Part shown: piece after piece, positions 28,038 through 39,500 of the stretch | Layout of the letters: the number at the start of each line of letters is the position of its first letter | How positions within the stretch are numbered: position 1 is the first letter of the stretch | Source of the DNA: Catajapyx aquilonaris | Lineage: Eukaryota | DNA length: 64,000 bases | Assembly (NCBI GenBank): GCA_000934665.2 | Contig: JYFJ02001944.1 | Coordinates: forward strand, 1-64,000 | Direction: 5' to 3' | The notes under the pieces: generated by a model | Database searches by the model: none | Told to the model about the DNA's origin: nothing | Seen by the model: the letters and a program-made list of their open reading frames with translations, nothing else | Program-made: the position numbers and the translations under genes

Positions 28038-28878
28038 CCTACTGTAGCTGTCGACGCGCCTCCAATAATAACTGGACGGTGTCTTTTTGAGTCATACCCG
28101 CCGTTTGCACATATGGGGGGGGATATAAGTACAGTTATCGATATATGACGCCTTTGAAGAGATAACCCTTCAGGTTGAATAATCGTGGGCTGAATTTATC
28201 TCTGACGACATTTTCTTGCCCTTGAACGTGTACACATATAGGCAGCATATAGGCTACACTGAGCTGGGATGTAATTATTTTTGTAATTAGCTCTTGGTAG
28301 CCTACATTACAAAACATTTGATATGAAATCACGGGTAGCCTACCACTAATAAACGGGTACAGTACAGTACCACTAATTTAACATTTTAATGCATTTAATT
28401 TAATTTAAACAAGTAGATATAATAACATTGAGCTGGAAAGTAAAATGCGAAATTTTAATATCAGCAGTGCAGGGCAAAACATTCACATTTCAAACATTCA
28501 TAGGCACCACTAATGAAATATTTTAAATGATCCTCAATTCCTCATGACTTTTTAGAGTAACACGTGTGCTACTGTATCGTGCGATACGATCTGATTCTCT
28601 ACAAGCAGGTGCTGCCACCTGTGAGAATAAAACCAGATCATGTGACAGTGCAACAAAAAAAAAAAAATTGAGAGTAAAATAATACCAAGAGCAAAGAGGC
28701 GTAGTGTGCAAAACACTTGTCAGGTGTTTCGGAGTTTCAAAGGATTAGGAAAAATCAGAAGGAAAAAAAGAGGTGAGGTTGACTTGTGTAAGTGTGGCCG
28801 TTGAGATGACATGTTGTCTATACGTTTCAGGTTGGAGGAGAGGACTCTCCGAGAGAGGTCAAAGGTGGAGGAGACAGG

Positions 28879-29968
28879 ATGACAAGCAACTACCAGACAG
28901 TGGACGTCCACACCATCTCACCGGACAGGCCACTCTTTGGAGACGGAGAGAACAGGCCGAGGGTACATCGCACATGTCGAGATACTTAAAAACCCGGACG
29001 ACATGTCGCATCTGACCTTTACATTGTAACCTAAACTTACTCGCAACATTTGTACATAATTCAGATCCTAGTACCATATAAGTGTGCATAGTTAAAGTTG
29101 TGATATTGTTATAACAGATAACAGTCGCTGACCTCTTGTCACATGCTTCGTATTTTTGAGTAATTCTTATCGCGAAACAAGGCTTGATATGCAGGTGTCT
29201 TGAGATTTGTTTTATTGTAGTGCGACTTGAGGCCTGTTGGAGCTCCAGGTTGAGAGGGGATTTCCCTCGCGTCTCTTACTGTAATTCTGTGCTCTCTGCG
29301 CTATGCAGGTGAGGCTGAATGAATTCAGTATGTCAGACTGTTATAATAGTTGTTGAAAAATTAGATGCTAATAATAATAGGTCAAAATGAGCATAATTTA
29401 AAAAACATCTGCAGGGGGAAAAAAAGCAATCAAACATTGACCTTTGATGCCCGTCCTACTTGCAATGTTGTAATTGAAATTTAGATCCAAATGTTACTTC
29501 TCAGCCTGACATTGTAAGCTATTAACTGCCATTTGAGAAAAGGTCAGATGCAACAGTTGGAATCCTGCGAATTATTTGTCAGGTGGAATTCAGTGAATGC
29601 GAAGGTTTATTTTGTTAATCGTTTCAGGACCGGATTGTGAACCTGATTGTGGGATCAGTGACGGCGTTTGTTGTTTTAGCGACGTTCATTAGTGCCTTCA
29701 TCCAAGCTGGTGCGATCAGTGTGGGACTTAACATTTTCTTTGCCATCTGCATAGCATTCCTTTGTCTTTCACATTTACTAATGGTAAGGTGCTACTCGTT
29801 TATTAGTTTTGGTGCCATTTCTTAATTTGGCGAATTATGTCTTTTCAGATTTATTGGTATCGACAAGGTGACTTGGATCCAAAGTTCAAAAACCTCATCT
29901 ATTATAATGCGGGATGCTTAATTTTACTCTGCATTTGTGCCAATGTGTTTTTCCATAGTGGCAAATAA
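28879..29968 (+). CDS. TMEM243: Transmembrane protein 243
   Basis: Exons 28879-28962, 29628-29783 and 29849-29968 give DRPLFG...DRIVNLIVGSVT...LNIFFAICI...IYWYRQGDLDPKFKNLIYY...LCICANVFFH, the TMEM243 signature. Confidence 0.95.
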
Positions 29969-30927
29969 TTGAAGGAAATTATTGTAAGAAAAGGAGGAGG
30001 TTGACTCGGGAGAGCTTTTTTGTAGATATGCAAAATGCTGCTGTTGTAAGCAGCAGATGATGATAACTTCTTCATTTCTAAACAACGAGCACAGCTAGAG
30101 GCAACTCTGACCATGACAATTTTTTGACCTTCGTCACTGTCATTCCTGTTTGTATTGCATAGAATGAAGTTCATTTTTTACAACTGCCATTTGTTTTAAT
30201 TCAGAACAGTAAAGATTTACATATCCAGATATTGTGTTATGTACAATATTGTAATATGAAACTTTTGAAGAAGCAAAGCTGACCTAATTTTGCACCTGTA
30301 CATGTGCCACAATTATGTATGAATCAAAAAGATAAGTAAATAGTTGGAGTGATATATTTAACTTTTTAAAATTCATGCCCATCAGTTACAAGAAAACTAG
30401 TTGCAGCTGAAACTTGCCCACTTCTGAAAAACTTTGTGATCCCAACAACTGCATGATCAATATGAAAATTTTATAATAAAATGTACAATTTTGTCAGATT
30501 CTACATGCCACAAATATTTTTTGTTAAAATTTTTATTTTATTGCCACTATACATAGCAAAGCTTCCTCCTCATTGCACATTTATAATTCACATGGTAGAT
30601 TTTTTTTAAATTCAGAAAAAATATGCTTGAAGATCCATGCTAACACGACGAAGCCTTAGGTGGGATGGAATGAGATCATCACGGAATTTTCCAAATGTTG
30701 GAAGTTGGTACCCAAGTGCTGGACAATGGAATGATGTCTCTCTGCATTAGTATTCAGACTGACATCTGCCATCACACTGCTTTGGTTGTGGTTTGTCGAT
30801 TGTCCATCTCTTGAAGTCTTGCCTTGCACAAAATAGGAATTGGCTAATCTGCAAACTGTTGGTTTAGGAGACTTCTGACAGACCATCATTTGACAGCCGT
30901 TCCTTCCAGTGGTCATCAAGATGTTGA

Positions 30928-31110
30928 GAGCAGTACGATGGTGTAGTGGTTAGTGCCACACCCTTCCACCACCAAGGTCCTAAGATCGATCCAGGATCAG
31001 ACAGAGGTATGAGGAAAGAGTTTTGATTAGTACTCTCTGTGCTCAGTGCTAGGTTTGCTCAGGGAATCCGGGTTCTCCCATTTACATCCATCGTCCAAAT
31101 CCTTCCAAAG
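30928..31110 (+). mobile_element. Decayed tRNA-derived SINE
   Basis: A-box TGGTGTAGTGG, degenerate B-box AGATCGATCC, and a central GGTTTGCTCAGGGAATCCGGGTTCTCCCA resembling the conserved V/Meta-SINE core. Confidence 0.65.
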
Positions 31111-32085
31111 CAGTCAATTGCCATTGATCATATGACACCATTTCCCACGGACTGCGTATTTTGCCAAATTTTATGATGATCAAAATAATAACTACGTTTC
31201 TAATGGATATGGAATGATACATTTTAATAAGGTATAACCTGTGTTCATATTAATGCACAAATTTGGAAAGTATAGGCAAATTCTGAAATAATAACTTATG
31301 TAGTTTGTTTTAATTAGATTTTTAACTTAGAAAACATAATTATATGCTTTATTAATTTGGAAGATGAGCCATGCACATGTGCGTGCCCATGTCCGTTAGA
31401 CTTAAATATATAATGTCACTCTCATTACATTACTTCAGGTGTAGAAATTGATTACCATTGCAGTGTTGCACTATTCTTCATTATCTCAAAAATACCAGGG
31501 GTGGAGTGGGGAGATAACACCCTGTGTGTTCACCCTTCTGTTATCAGTTGCAATCCTTTACCTATCCACCATGGCCAGTTGAAAATAAGTGCACTATTAT
31601 AGACCTGTTTTTAACTGGCCACGCTATTCACATAGTGGCAAAGAGTGAACTTGGGTCATGTGCACCTTGCAACTGCTGGCTACCTCATACAAAGACAAAA
31701 CTGTGAAGGGAATGAAAAATGATTCATTAATAATAACAGTACCACTTCTTAATGAAATAATGTCAGCAGCCCACATGTCACCAGAAAGATTATACAAAAT
31801 CATAATGTGTTTGACATGCATGTCAAATAGACAGTAGTATAAAACTTTTCTTTTTTGAGTTCAGCTTCATGCCTTACATTATTAGTTTCACCTCGATGCA
31901 TACAAATAGCCCACACAAAACACCGCTGATGGACCAATCTCAGCAACTTCAACAAACCACTTGCAGCAAATAGTACATTAATTACTACGTACTGTTCCTT
32001 CTGACTCATTTGAATATAAATATGATTGAAACAAAACAATTTCCGGACAGTGCAATATTTCATTTGGGTGAAAAAGCAATAAAGG

Positions 32086-32779
32086 TCAACTGATGAGGAA
32101 AGGTTGAACAACACCAACGACAAAAGGGATGAAGATTGTCCACACAGCAGTGAGGAAGATTGCCACTGTAATCGTCACAAGCACATCTGAAGAACGGATT
32201 AAGGAAACGTCAACTGGATTATCTTACATCGTTATCTCTGGATGTGTTGAAATTATAACACGTCGGTATCCTGTGACTATACTGGGAATTTAATCTAGTA
32301 GAGTGTGTGTAACTTATAGTAAGGGCTTATACTTATATGAACGGTAGCAAAAGTCATTACATAACCTAATTATTATAATAATTAATAATAATATTAACAA
32401 CAACAACAATAAAATTTGTGCACAAAGAGTTGTAACTTGCAAAATTTATCACCCTTGTTATTAGTTTTGATTATTTGTACACCATGAATATACTATATGA
32501 CCTCACAATTATTTTGTGTAAGGATACTGACAAGCTGCTGCTCCCATGGTTCCAAAAGATCGAAGGCGAAGATGAGCCCGTACATCAGATAGATTCGCGA
32601 AATCTTATTCGACACATAAGTCCAAACTTTGCCAAATTCTTCCCAACCGGAAACGCTGGCGATCGCTCCAAACTGGACCACTTTCTGCAAAAAAAAAATC
32701 TGCACATGAACATCAGTCGAAAAATTTCACTTTTCCACAATAATATTCAAATTTGCAAACTATTTTGGCAAACCTCCAT
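32086..32779 (-). CDS. Serine palmitoyltransferase small subunit-like protein, copy 1 (~87 aa)
   Basis: Exons 32779-32774 (ME, tentative), 32684-32528 and 32186-32086 give ...SRIYLMYGLIFAFDLLEPWEQQLVNVLVTITVAIFLTAVWTIFIPFVVG...; the LEPWE motif followed by a TM helix is the ssSPT signature. Confidence 0.8.
32187..32527 (-). other. U12-type (minor spliceosome) GT-AG intron
   Basis: Donor GTATCCTTAC, branch site TTTCCTTAAT at 32207-32198 about 10 nt before the AG; splicing restores the frame. Confidence 0.88.
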
Positions 32780-34217
32780 GATCCAGCTACTTTCCCAGAG
32801 AGATCCAACCAGAGACTGAAATGCAATCGAGACAATCCTGTTCATATATATCGGAGGGGGGAGGGGAAAGTGGGTTGATGTTACTATCGCAAGATTACAA
32901 TCCGGAACACATGCGTCATCATGACTTCAGGTCGCGATTATTCCAACAGGAAACCGAAACTAATCGTGTACTTCTCCTTACGTACGTTATTTTGCGACAT
33001 TGCATTCCACTCTCGGTGTCAACGTGCGAATTCTTAGCGAGAAATATTCGCCAGATGTAGCTGGAACCTGGCAGGCGATGGAAGTGTCGTAGGCTGTATC
33101 CACCACTAAATGCTAACACTTTGGCATTTAAAAATGTTACGTACTCGTGCAATGTACCATTGCAATGACCTGTCTTTCATCGTGGAGGACATCGCTCGAT
33201 CTCTTGAACCTTTTTTTTCTGACAACAATGAGTTGCCTTCGTTACCATTATTTGTTTGGAATCGGACGTCTTGCAAATCTGGCACTTTCTTATTGGCATC
33301 AAATTAATATTCAAAAGCACCAGTGTATCGCAGTACTCGGAACGACTTTATAACCTTCTTTCAAATCAGGTGGGTATTGTCAGCCTTATTGTTGGCTTTA
33401 AAAAAAATTTTAAGCAAAACAATGCGTTGGTTTGCAGCAATGTCCGAAGACGACCGAAGAGTGACCTCGAGTTTGAGCGAAGGTCATTTGGTTTCTCCTC
33501 TTCCTCTTAGCAGGATGTCCACTATGTCTACAGGGTCAGTATTATTAGACTAATAGGCAGGGTCACAGCGTACGGTAATGGAGATAATATTATGTTAACA
33601 TAGCACCGGTTAATCAAATGGAATTGATAGAGATTAGATTAGTTTGGAGTAGTTTGTTAAGAGCGAAACTATGTTTTGCTTCAACTAGAGAAGTGTACTG
33701 TACAACCCTTTAATATTATATTAGTTGAATTATTGTAGTTCCCCAATCTGTTGTTAGTTCTGTTTTTTTTTGGAAGCACTCTCCTCCTTCAGTGAGGTCA
33801 ATATTATTATCGAAGATTTTGGCACCAGAAACAGCAAAAAAAAAAAGTTCTCCAAAAGGTACAGTAGCCTAACTACACCTACATAAATACCTGATACCAG
33901 TAGTCTGAAGGAGGCATGATACACTAAATGTCACAAGAGAATCCTCCGACATATCCGACGTATCATCCTGACACTTTTGCCAGCGAGTTCTGAGTCGATA
34001 TGCAATCCAAAGACACAATATTCTGTATATTATTACACACACATTCATTCTGAAGACTATAAACATGGTAGAGCCAGCTGCACAATTTTTTTTGTTCCGA
34101 TTGCTAAACTGGTTTATTGTACTCAGCAGGTGCAAGTCTTACGATTTGCGACACAAATGAGCGCAACTCGTATGATTTTTTTTTCCTTGCAGGAATGACT
34201 ACGTATATGAAAATATA

Positions 34218-34263
34218 GGGGCCATAACATCATGTACTACTCAGTACATGATGTTATGGCCCC
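34218..34263. repeat. Hairpin with perfect 21-bp arms and a 4-nt loop
   Basis: GGGGCCATAACATCATGTACT-ACTC-AGTACATGATGTTATGGCCCC. Confidence 0.92.
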
Positions 34264-35004
34264 CATAATGCATCGTCATATTTGACATAATTATAATTGC
34301 ATGTTTTGCTACGTCCATGTCAAATACATGACTACATACAGTATAACACATGACGACACATTACTACACATAACTAAGCGTCAACTATCGCTGGTTAATA
34401 ATATTGTTAAATCACAAATATTTATATGTCACTGGTTCGACATAAATGCGCTTCTTACATATACAGTATTTTTGTAAAATTAATTCAGATATACAGATTT
34501 CACAAAAATCTTTAATCTTAATTATTTTGGGTTTTTAATTAATTGTAATAGATTATAATAATACAAAATATGATACAATATACAGGATGTCAAATACACA
34601 ACACTGTGTACGGGTTTCTTTTCACAGTGACATTATTGTGTGTGATTATAAATATTTAATCCGTAGTAATGTAACAAAATTTATTTTAGAGCGACATTAT
34701 GGCAGGTTTAATCAATCGATTTTAAAAAGAAACCAGACACTCTGAAGAAGTGATAACGCAATCTGCAATTATTTCAGATAATATGATTATTTGATATTTA
34801 GGCGTTGCTACAAAGTTGAAAGAAAATAATGGAAAATTTTGGTGCAGGATTTTTCCTAGTGAAGATTACATGACACATTTTAAAATACTTCAATTAAGAT
34901 GGTTTTCTGTGAAGTTTTCTGTAGTGCACACGAAACAGGAAATAATCCCGTTGGAAAGACGCACAGTAGAGAGATAATCACAACATCAGAAAATCTCGAA
35001 ATCG

Positions 35005-35413
35005 CTACTGATGACATGCAGGCCAAAATGAGCCGAACCAACAGATCGAAGTATAAGTTTTCCAAACAGCTGCGGCGAAGATCACTAATAACGTAAACGC
35101 AATCGAGTCTGTAACACAAGTTAAGGAAATGATCATTAACTATAGCATGGTCATCAATTTCATTTTTTTTTGGGGGGGGGGGGGGGNGATGACGATAAAA
35201 TATGATAATGATGATAACAGACGAAGAAGAAGAAAAATCCGTAAGGGTACCAATAAGATTTTGCTCCCAGGGCTCCATGAAATCGTGACCTACGATGTGC
35301 CCGTACACTATCCAGATCCGCAGAATCTTCTGCGACACCTTCCCCCACAACTTTCCATCAGCTTCCTCATCACAGCATCCGGAAGTGCTGGCGATGGCTG
35401 CGTTCTGGACCAT
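35005..35413 (-). CDS. Serine palmitoyltransferase small subunit-like protein, copy 2 (~88 aa)
   Basis: Exons 35413-35251 and 35108-35005 give MVQNAAIASTSG...KILRIWIVYGHIVGHDFMEPWEQNLIDSIAFTLLVIFAAAVWKTY...; it is paralogous to copy 1 with the same intron position and phase. Confidence 0.78.
35109..35250 (-). other. U12-type intron with a variant donor
   Basis: Donor GTACCCTTAC (T to C at +4), perfect branch site TTTCCTTAAC at 35129-35120, AG at 35110-35109. Confidence 0.8.
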
Positions 35414-36599
35414 TATTTCCTACAAAGATCCGATGAATGGAGCTCAATAATATTCTCACTCGCGTTTCACTTATTCCCCATTATGCCTTACAAATTTGTA
35501 ATATATTATTTAAAAATCATTCTGGAGAAACTCCGTGCCCGAAAGAGCGTCGCCTGAAACTAACATTCTTCTGACCACAACATGAGTGCCGGCTGGTTGA
35601 ATTACCGATTCTCATTTTATTGCCTCAATCAGGTGATGCAAGCCATGAATTATTACGATTTGCGACATCCCAAAGCAATCACCTGAATTGCTCTATGCCG
35701 CTCGTACAGTCTGCAGGAATTGCGTCACTAGGCTGTGGCATGCCTGCAACCTGGATGTAACACGACAATGACGGTCGCAAGCACATGCACCATGGACATG
35801 AACAATTTTTTGTACTGTACTAGTACAGAAAATTGTTCATTGTCCCTGTCGCCAGACTACGACACTTCAACAATACAATGTTTACATCTGTGTCAATCCC
35901 ATCTTTTTCTTTTTTGTTTCGAACTGGACGTGTGTGTGTTACAATCCAAGCACTGCAGACCACATCTAGTGCTTCACACGTCCACACGTCCACTTGACTT
36001 CTTACAATCCAACGTCGAGTCAGGTTTGAAAGTGAGGTTTTCTCAGGATATCCCTTTGATGGAAAACATTTTTCTTTCCGTTCAGTGTCAACAATCTGTC
36101 ACATTTTGCCGTTACCTTGCAGGTCCTTGCAACCCGAAAGCGACCCGATTCAACCAGAACGTGGCCGCGAAGGTGACACACTAAATCTCTCACAGCAAAG
36201 CGACTCATCGGACGACGACGCAATATACGCGTGAGATACCGTATACTATACAGTATATATTGTAAAGTCATTTTTTTCGCATCGTATAAGTTGTGATGTC
36301 GCGGGTTTTTTTCTGGTTCACCGAATATACTTTAATGAAATAAGTTGTTGACCTTACCCACATGAACTTTGTGACCTTATAATCACATTTTTTGGTTGCA
36401 GGCTCTCTCCTGCATGCGGAGACGGCGGCCCGTCCACGACTCCAGATCCACTGTCCAACTCCGACCTCTCAAACGAACTCAAAGGCAGCACGTCAGGGTC
36501 AGTGTCGTTGCGTATATCATTTAAATTTTTGTCAAATTAAAATATTGCGTATCATTTCTGCGACCGATACCCATTGAAAAAAAGCTCGTCCGCAGGTAC

Positions 36600-39500
36600 A
36601 TGGCGTCGTCCTCTGCCTCCGGATCCAGCATCCACGAGTCTTCTTCGGCGGACAGGAGCGAAGAGGACTCCTCGCCAACCACCATGTCCCGAGACGACGC
36701 CCATCCCGAGCGTCGAGATTCCTCAGGCCAACTGCAAGTCGACTCCAGGCCTGTCGAGAACTCCGAGAGGATTAGCCGGAGCTCCACGTTCTACGAGTCC
36801 CAGGCGGCTTACGACAGCGGGTACTCCGCATCTCTGGAGTCCATGTCCAGCAGCGTAGGAGCCATCGACCAGCCCACAAGAGGAACCCAGGTACCTATAT
36901 TACGAAAGTAGACAGTTCCGTAACCTTACTTTTCGAAACCACGACACTTTTCCAAGTGTCAAGTGTCTCAAATTGTGTAAGTCCGGATTTACGTAAGTCG
37001 GGGACTAAGTAAGTCGGGGACTACGTAAGTCGGGGACTACGTAAGTCGGGGACTACGTAAGTCGGGGACTACGTAAGTCGGAGACTACGTAAGTCTGGGA
37101 CTATACGTAAGTCGGGGATGACTGTGATGGTGGTGGTGGTGGCATTAATAATATCATTGTTTTCTCACCTTTGAAGAGGACGAAAGCGGCGGGGGCGTCG
37201 TCAGCGTCTCGAGGAATACTGACCAAGGGTGGGTCCAAACGAGACGCGTCTCGGCGGCTGTCGGTCCGGTTCAGCAACAGCGTCGAGGTGCTGGACGCGG
37301 ACGGGGAGAAGTCCACCACCAGGCTGAAGGACGAGGACGACGACCACTCGCCGTCGCCTAAGAACCGACACCGGTTGAAGAGGACCGTCTACCTGTGCGG
37401 GGGACGACGTCGTTCCTCGCCCGACGCCTTCGAGATGTCCGGAGCCTTCGATATGTCCGGGGCCATGGCCGCGGCCGACTTGGCGGACGAGAAGCCCAGG
37501 ACTGATCTGACCCGAAGCGCGATGCTGATCAACCACGACATGGACGAGCCAGAACCGGAGGGAAAGAGGGCGCCCGAAGCAGTAACCGACGCCAACAAAA
37601 ACGACGTCCTGAAGACGCTGTACCGACTGCCCGAATCCGTGGACAAATACAAGATCGAGTTCATGCCGAGAGACAAGAGACAAGACCGCGACGAAGACCA
37701 CGACGAGAAGGTGTTGTCGTCGTCCAGCGGGTCCACCAGCGACGGGTCACTCGACGCCTGCCGATTCACGGACGACGATGACAACAACGACGTGTCCGAC
37801 AAGGAACAGGAGGACGGCATGGTCGTGCTTCAGGGTCCGAGGATGAACTGGGACGACGACGACGACGACGACGTCAACGGAGAAGAGGTAGGCGTCCCTG
37901 CTGCATTGGAATAGAGCAGAAATAGAACAAAAAATCTGTGGTATTTGCATCACGTTCCGGTCCTTCTATCCAAATTCATACGTTGTAATAAACCGACAAG
38001 TCGAATAAAATTTACTGTGCAACCGAGTTTTTTTTTTTTGTTATTCTGTCGGAACTTGCACCTGGAATTTGGGAGTAACCTGATGCAAATAGCATCTGCG
38101 TGTTCCAGTTGAGAGTTCTGTTGCCCTGACTGCAGCTTGGGTTTCCATAGGATTCGGTTTCAGAGCTTCCCGAGCTGCTTCAGAAGGACAGGCCGGTACC
38201 CATGCACGTCGTGGTGTCCAGCTGGACTCGGCTCCAGGCCGAGCTGGACGGAGCCAAGTCGCTGCTGGAGAAGAACAGAGAGATCATCACCAGGCAGAAC
38301 GAGAAGCTGAAGGAGTTCGAGGAGTTCAGGCAGTACTACGCCTCCCAAGAGGAAGAGGATGATGAGGTGGAAGAAGAGGCGAAGGGGAGCAGCAACCCCT
38401 CCGGAGTTGAGATGGTGAGGATGCTGGAGGAGGCCCAGGAGGTGATCCTGCGACTGGAGTGCGACGTCAAGGTTCGAGACGCACACCTTGAGAAGCTGAT
38501 TCAGGAAAGGGAGAAGCTGCACGGCATGGTCAAGAACCAGAGGTCCGCATTGGCCAAGGAGCATCTGGACCTGCTCAAGGCGATGGGGGAGCTGGCCACT
38601 CTCAAGAAGAACTCGGGAGGACACGAGAGAGACCATGCGACTAAGGTGGAGACGCAGCAGAAGCTTCTGGACAAGGCCGTCAAGGAGGCAGAAGTTTGCA
38701 GATGCGGTGAAGACTGATATTATTTTAAACAAAGAAAAATTCACCTCCAGGAAACGTTTCCGGCTGGAAAAAGAGCTGGAATGTTTCTTGATTTATTGAT
38801 GAAAACATTGTTGACGGTGGGCTCTTTCCAGCCAGAAATGTTTCCCACTGACTTACAGTACGCAATAATTCATACAAAAATTTTGTCGATTGGAGCAGAC
38901 ACCTCCTTTGGAACGCGTTGTACGCGATTTCCAATCTTGAAATGTGTTCGTCGCGTTTCAGAGAACAACTTCCTGAGAAACATGCTGTACGACAGTCAGC
39001 AGAAATGCCAGAACCTCGACGGCGAGTGGAAGACGCGAGTGGAAGAAATCGAGAAGGCGATGGTAGAGAAGGAAGACGGCTTCAGAAGGGAAAAGTTGGA
39101 GCTCGAGAAGGTCTGTTCAAGCAGTGTTGTTGCAAAAAATGTTTGCCCATGTTGTTTGAACAATATTGTAGTGTGACATACGTTCTTGTTAGTGTATACA
39201 TTTGATCAATTCCACGACAATGCAGGTGATCAAAATGAAGGAGTGCCAGGTGTCCAATCTCGAGTTCATCAACAAAGATAAAGAGGAGGAGTTGACCGAA
39301 CTGAAGGAGAGCAAGCCAGAACTTAATCGTTTGACAATGTACGTATAAGAAACATTTTAAGTCGAGCAGTGCACCCGGAGTAACAACAAGACTAATAATG
39401 TTATTTCAGACACAACAAACAATTGGAAACCCTGTTGCACGAGAGCAAAATTGCGTTGGAGAACATGAAGTCTAACGAGGCTCATCACCAGTCTGAAAAC

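Noticed and set aside
33100..34030. Possible third ssSPT-like copy between the two genes
   Set aside because: No EPWE motif or U12 signals were found, and the candidate frames contain stops.
34880..35413. 177-aa unspliced ORF
   Set aside because: It reads through a U12 intron containing low-complexity sequence and an N; the spliced model matches the paralogue.
19640..35413. LDAH plus ssSPT-like genes as a lipid-metabolism cluster
   Set aside because: Unrelated genes intervene and there is no evidence of co-regulation; proximity alone is insufficient.
36990..37118. Regular 16-bp repeats as a possible CRISPR or iteron array
   Set aside because: Head-to-tail units without unique spacers; an ordinary minisatellite.
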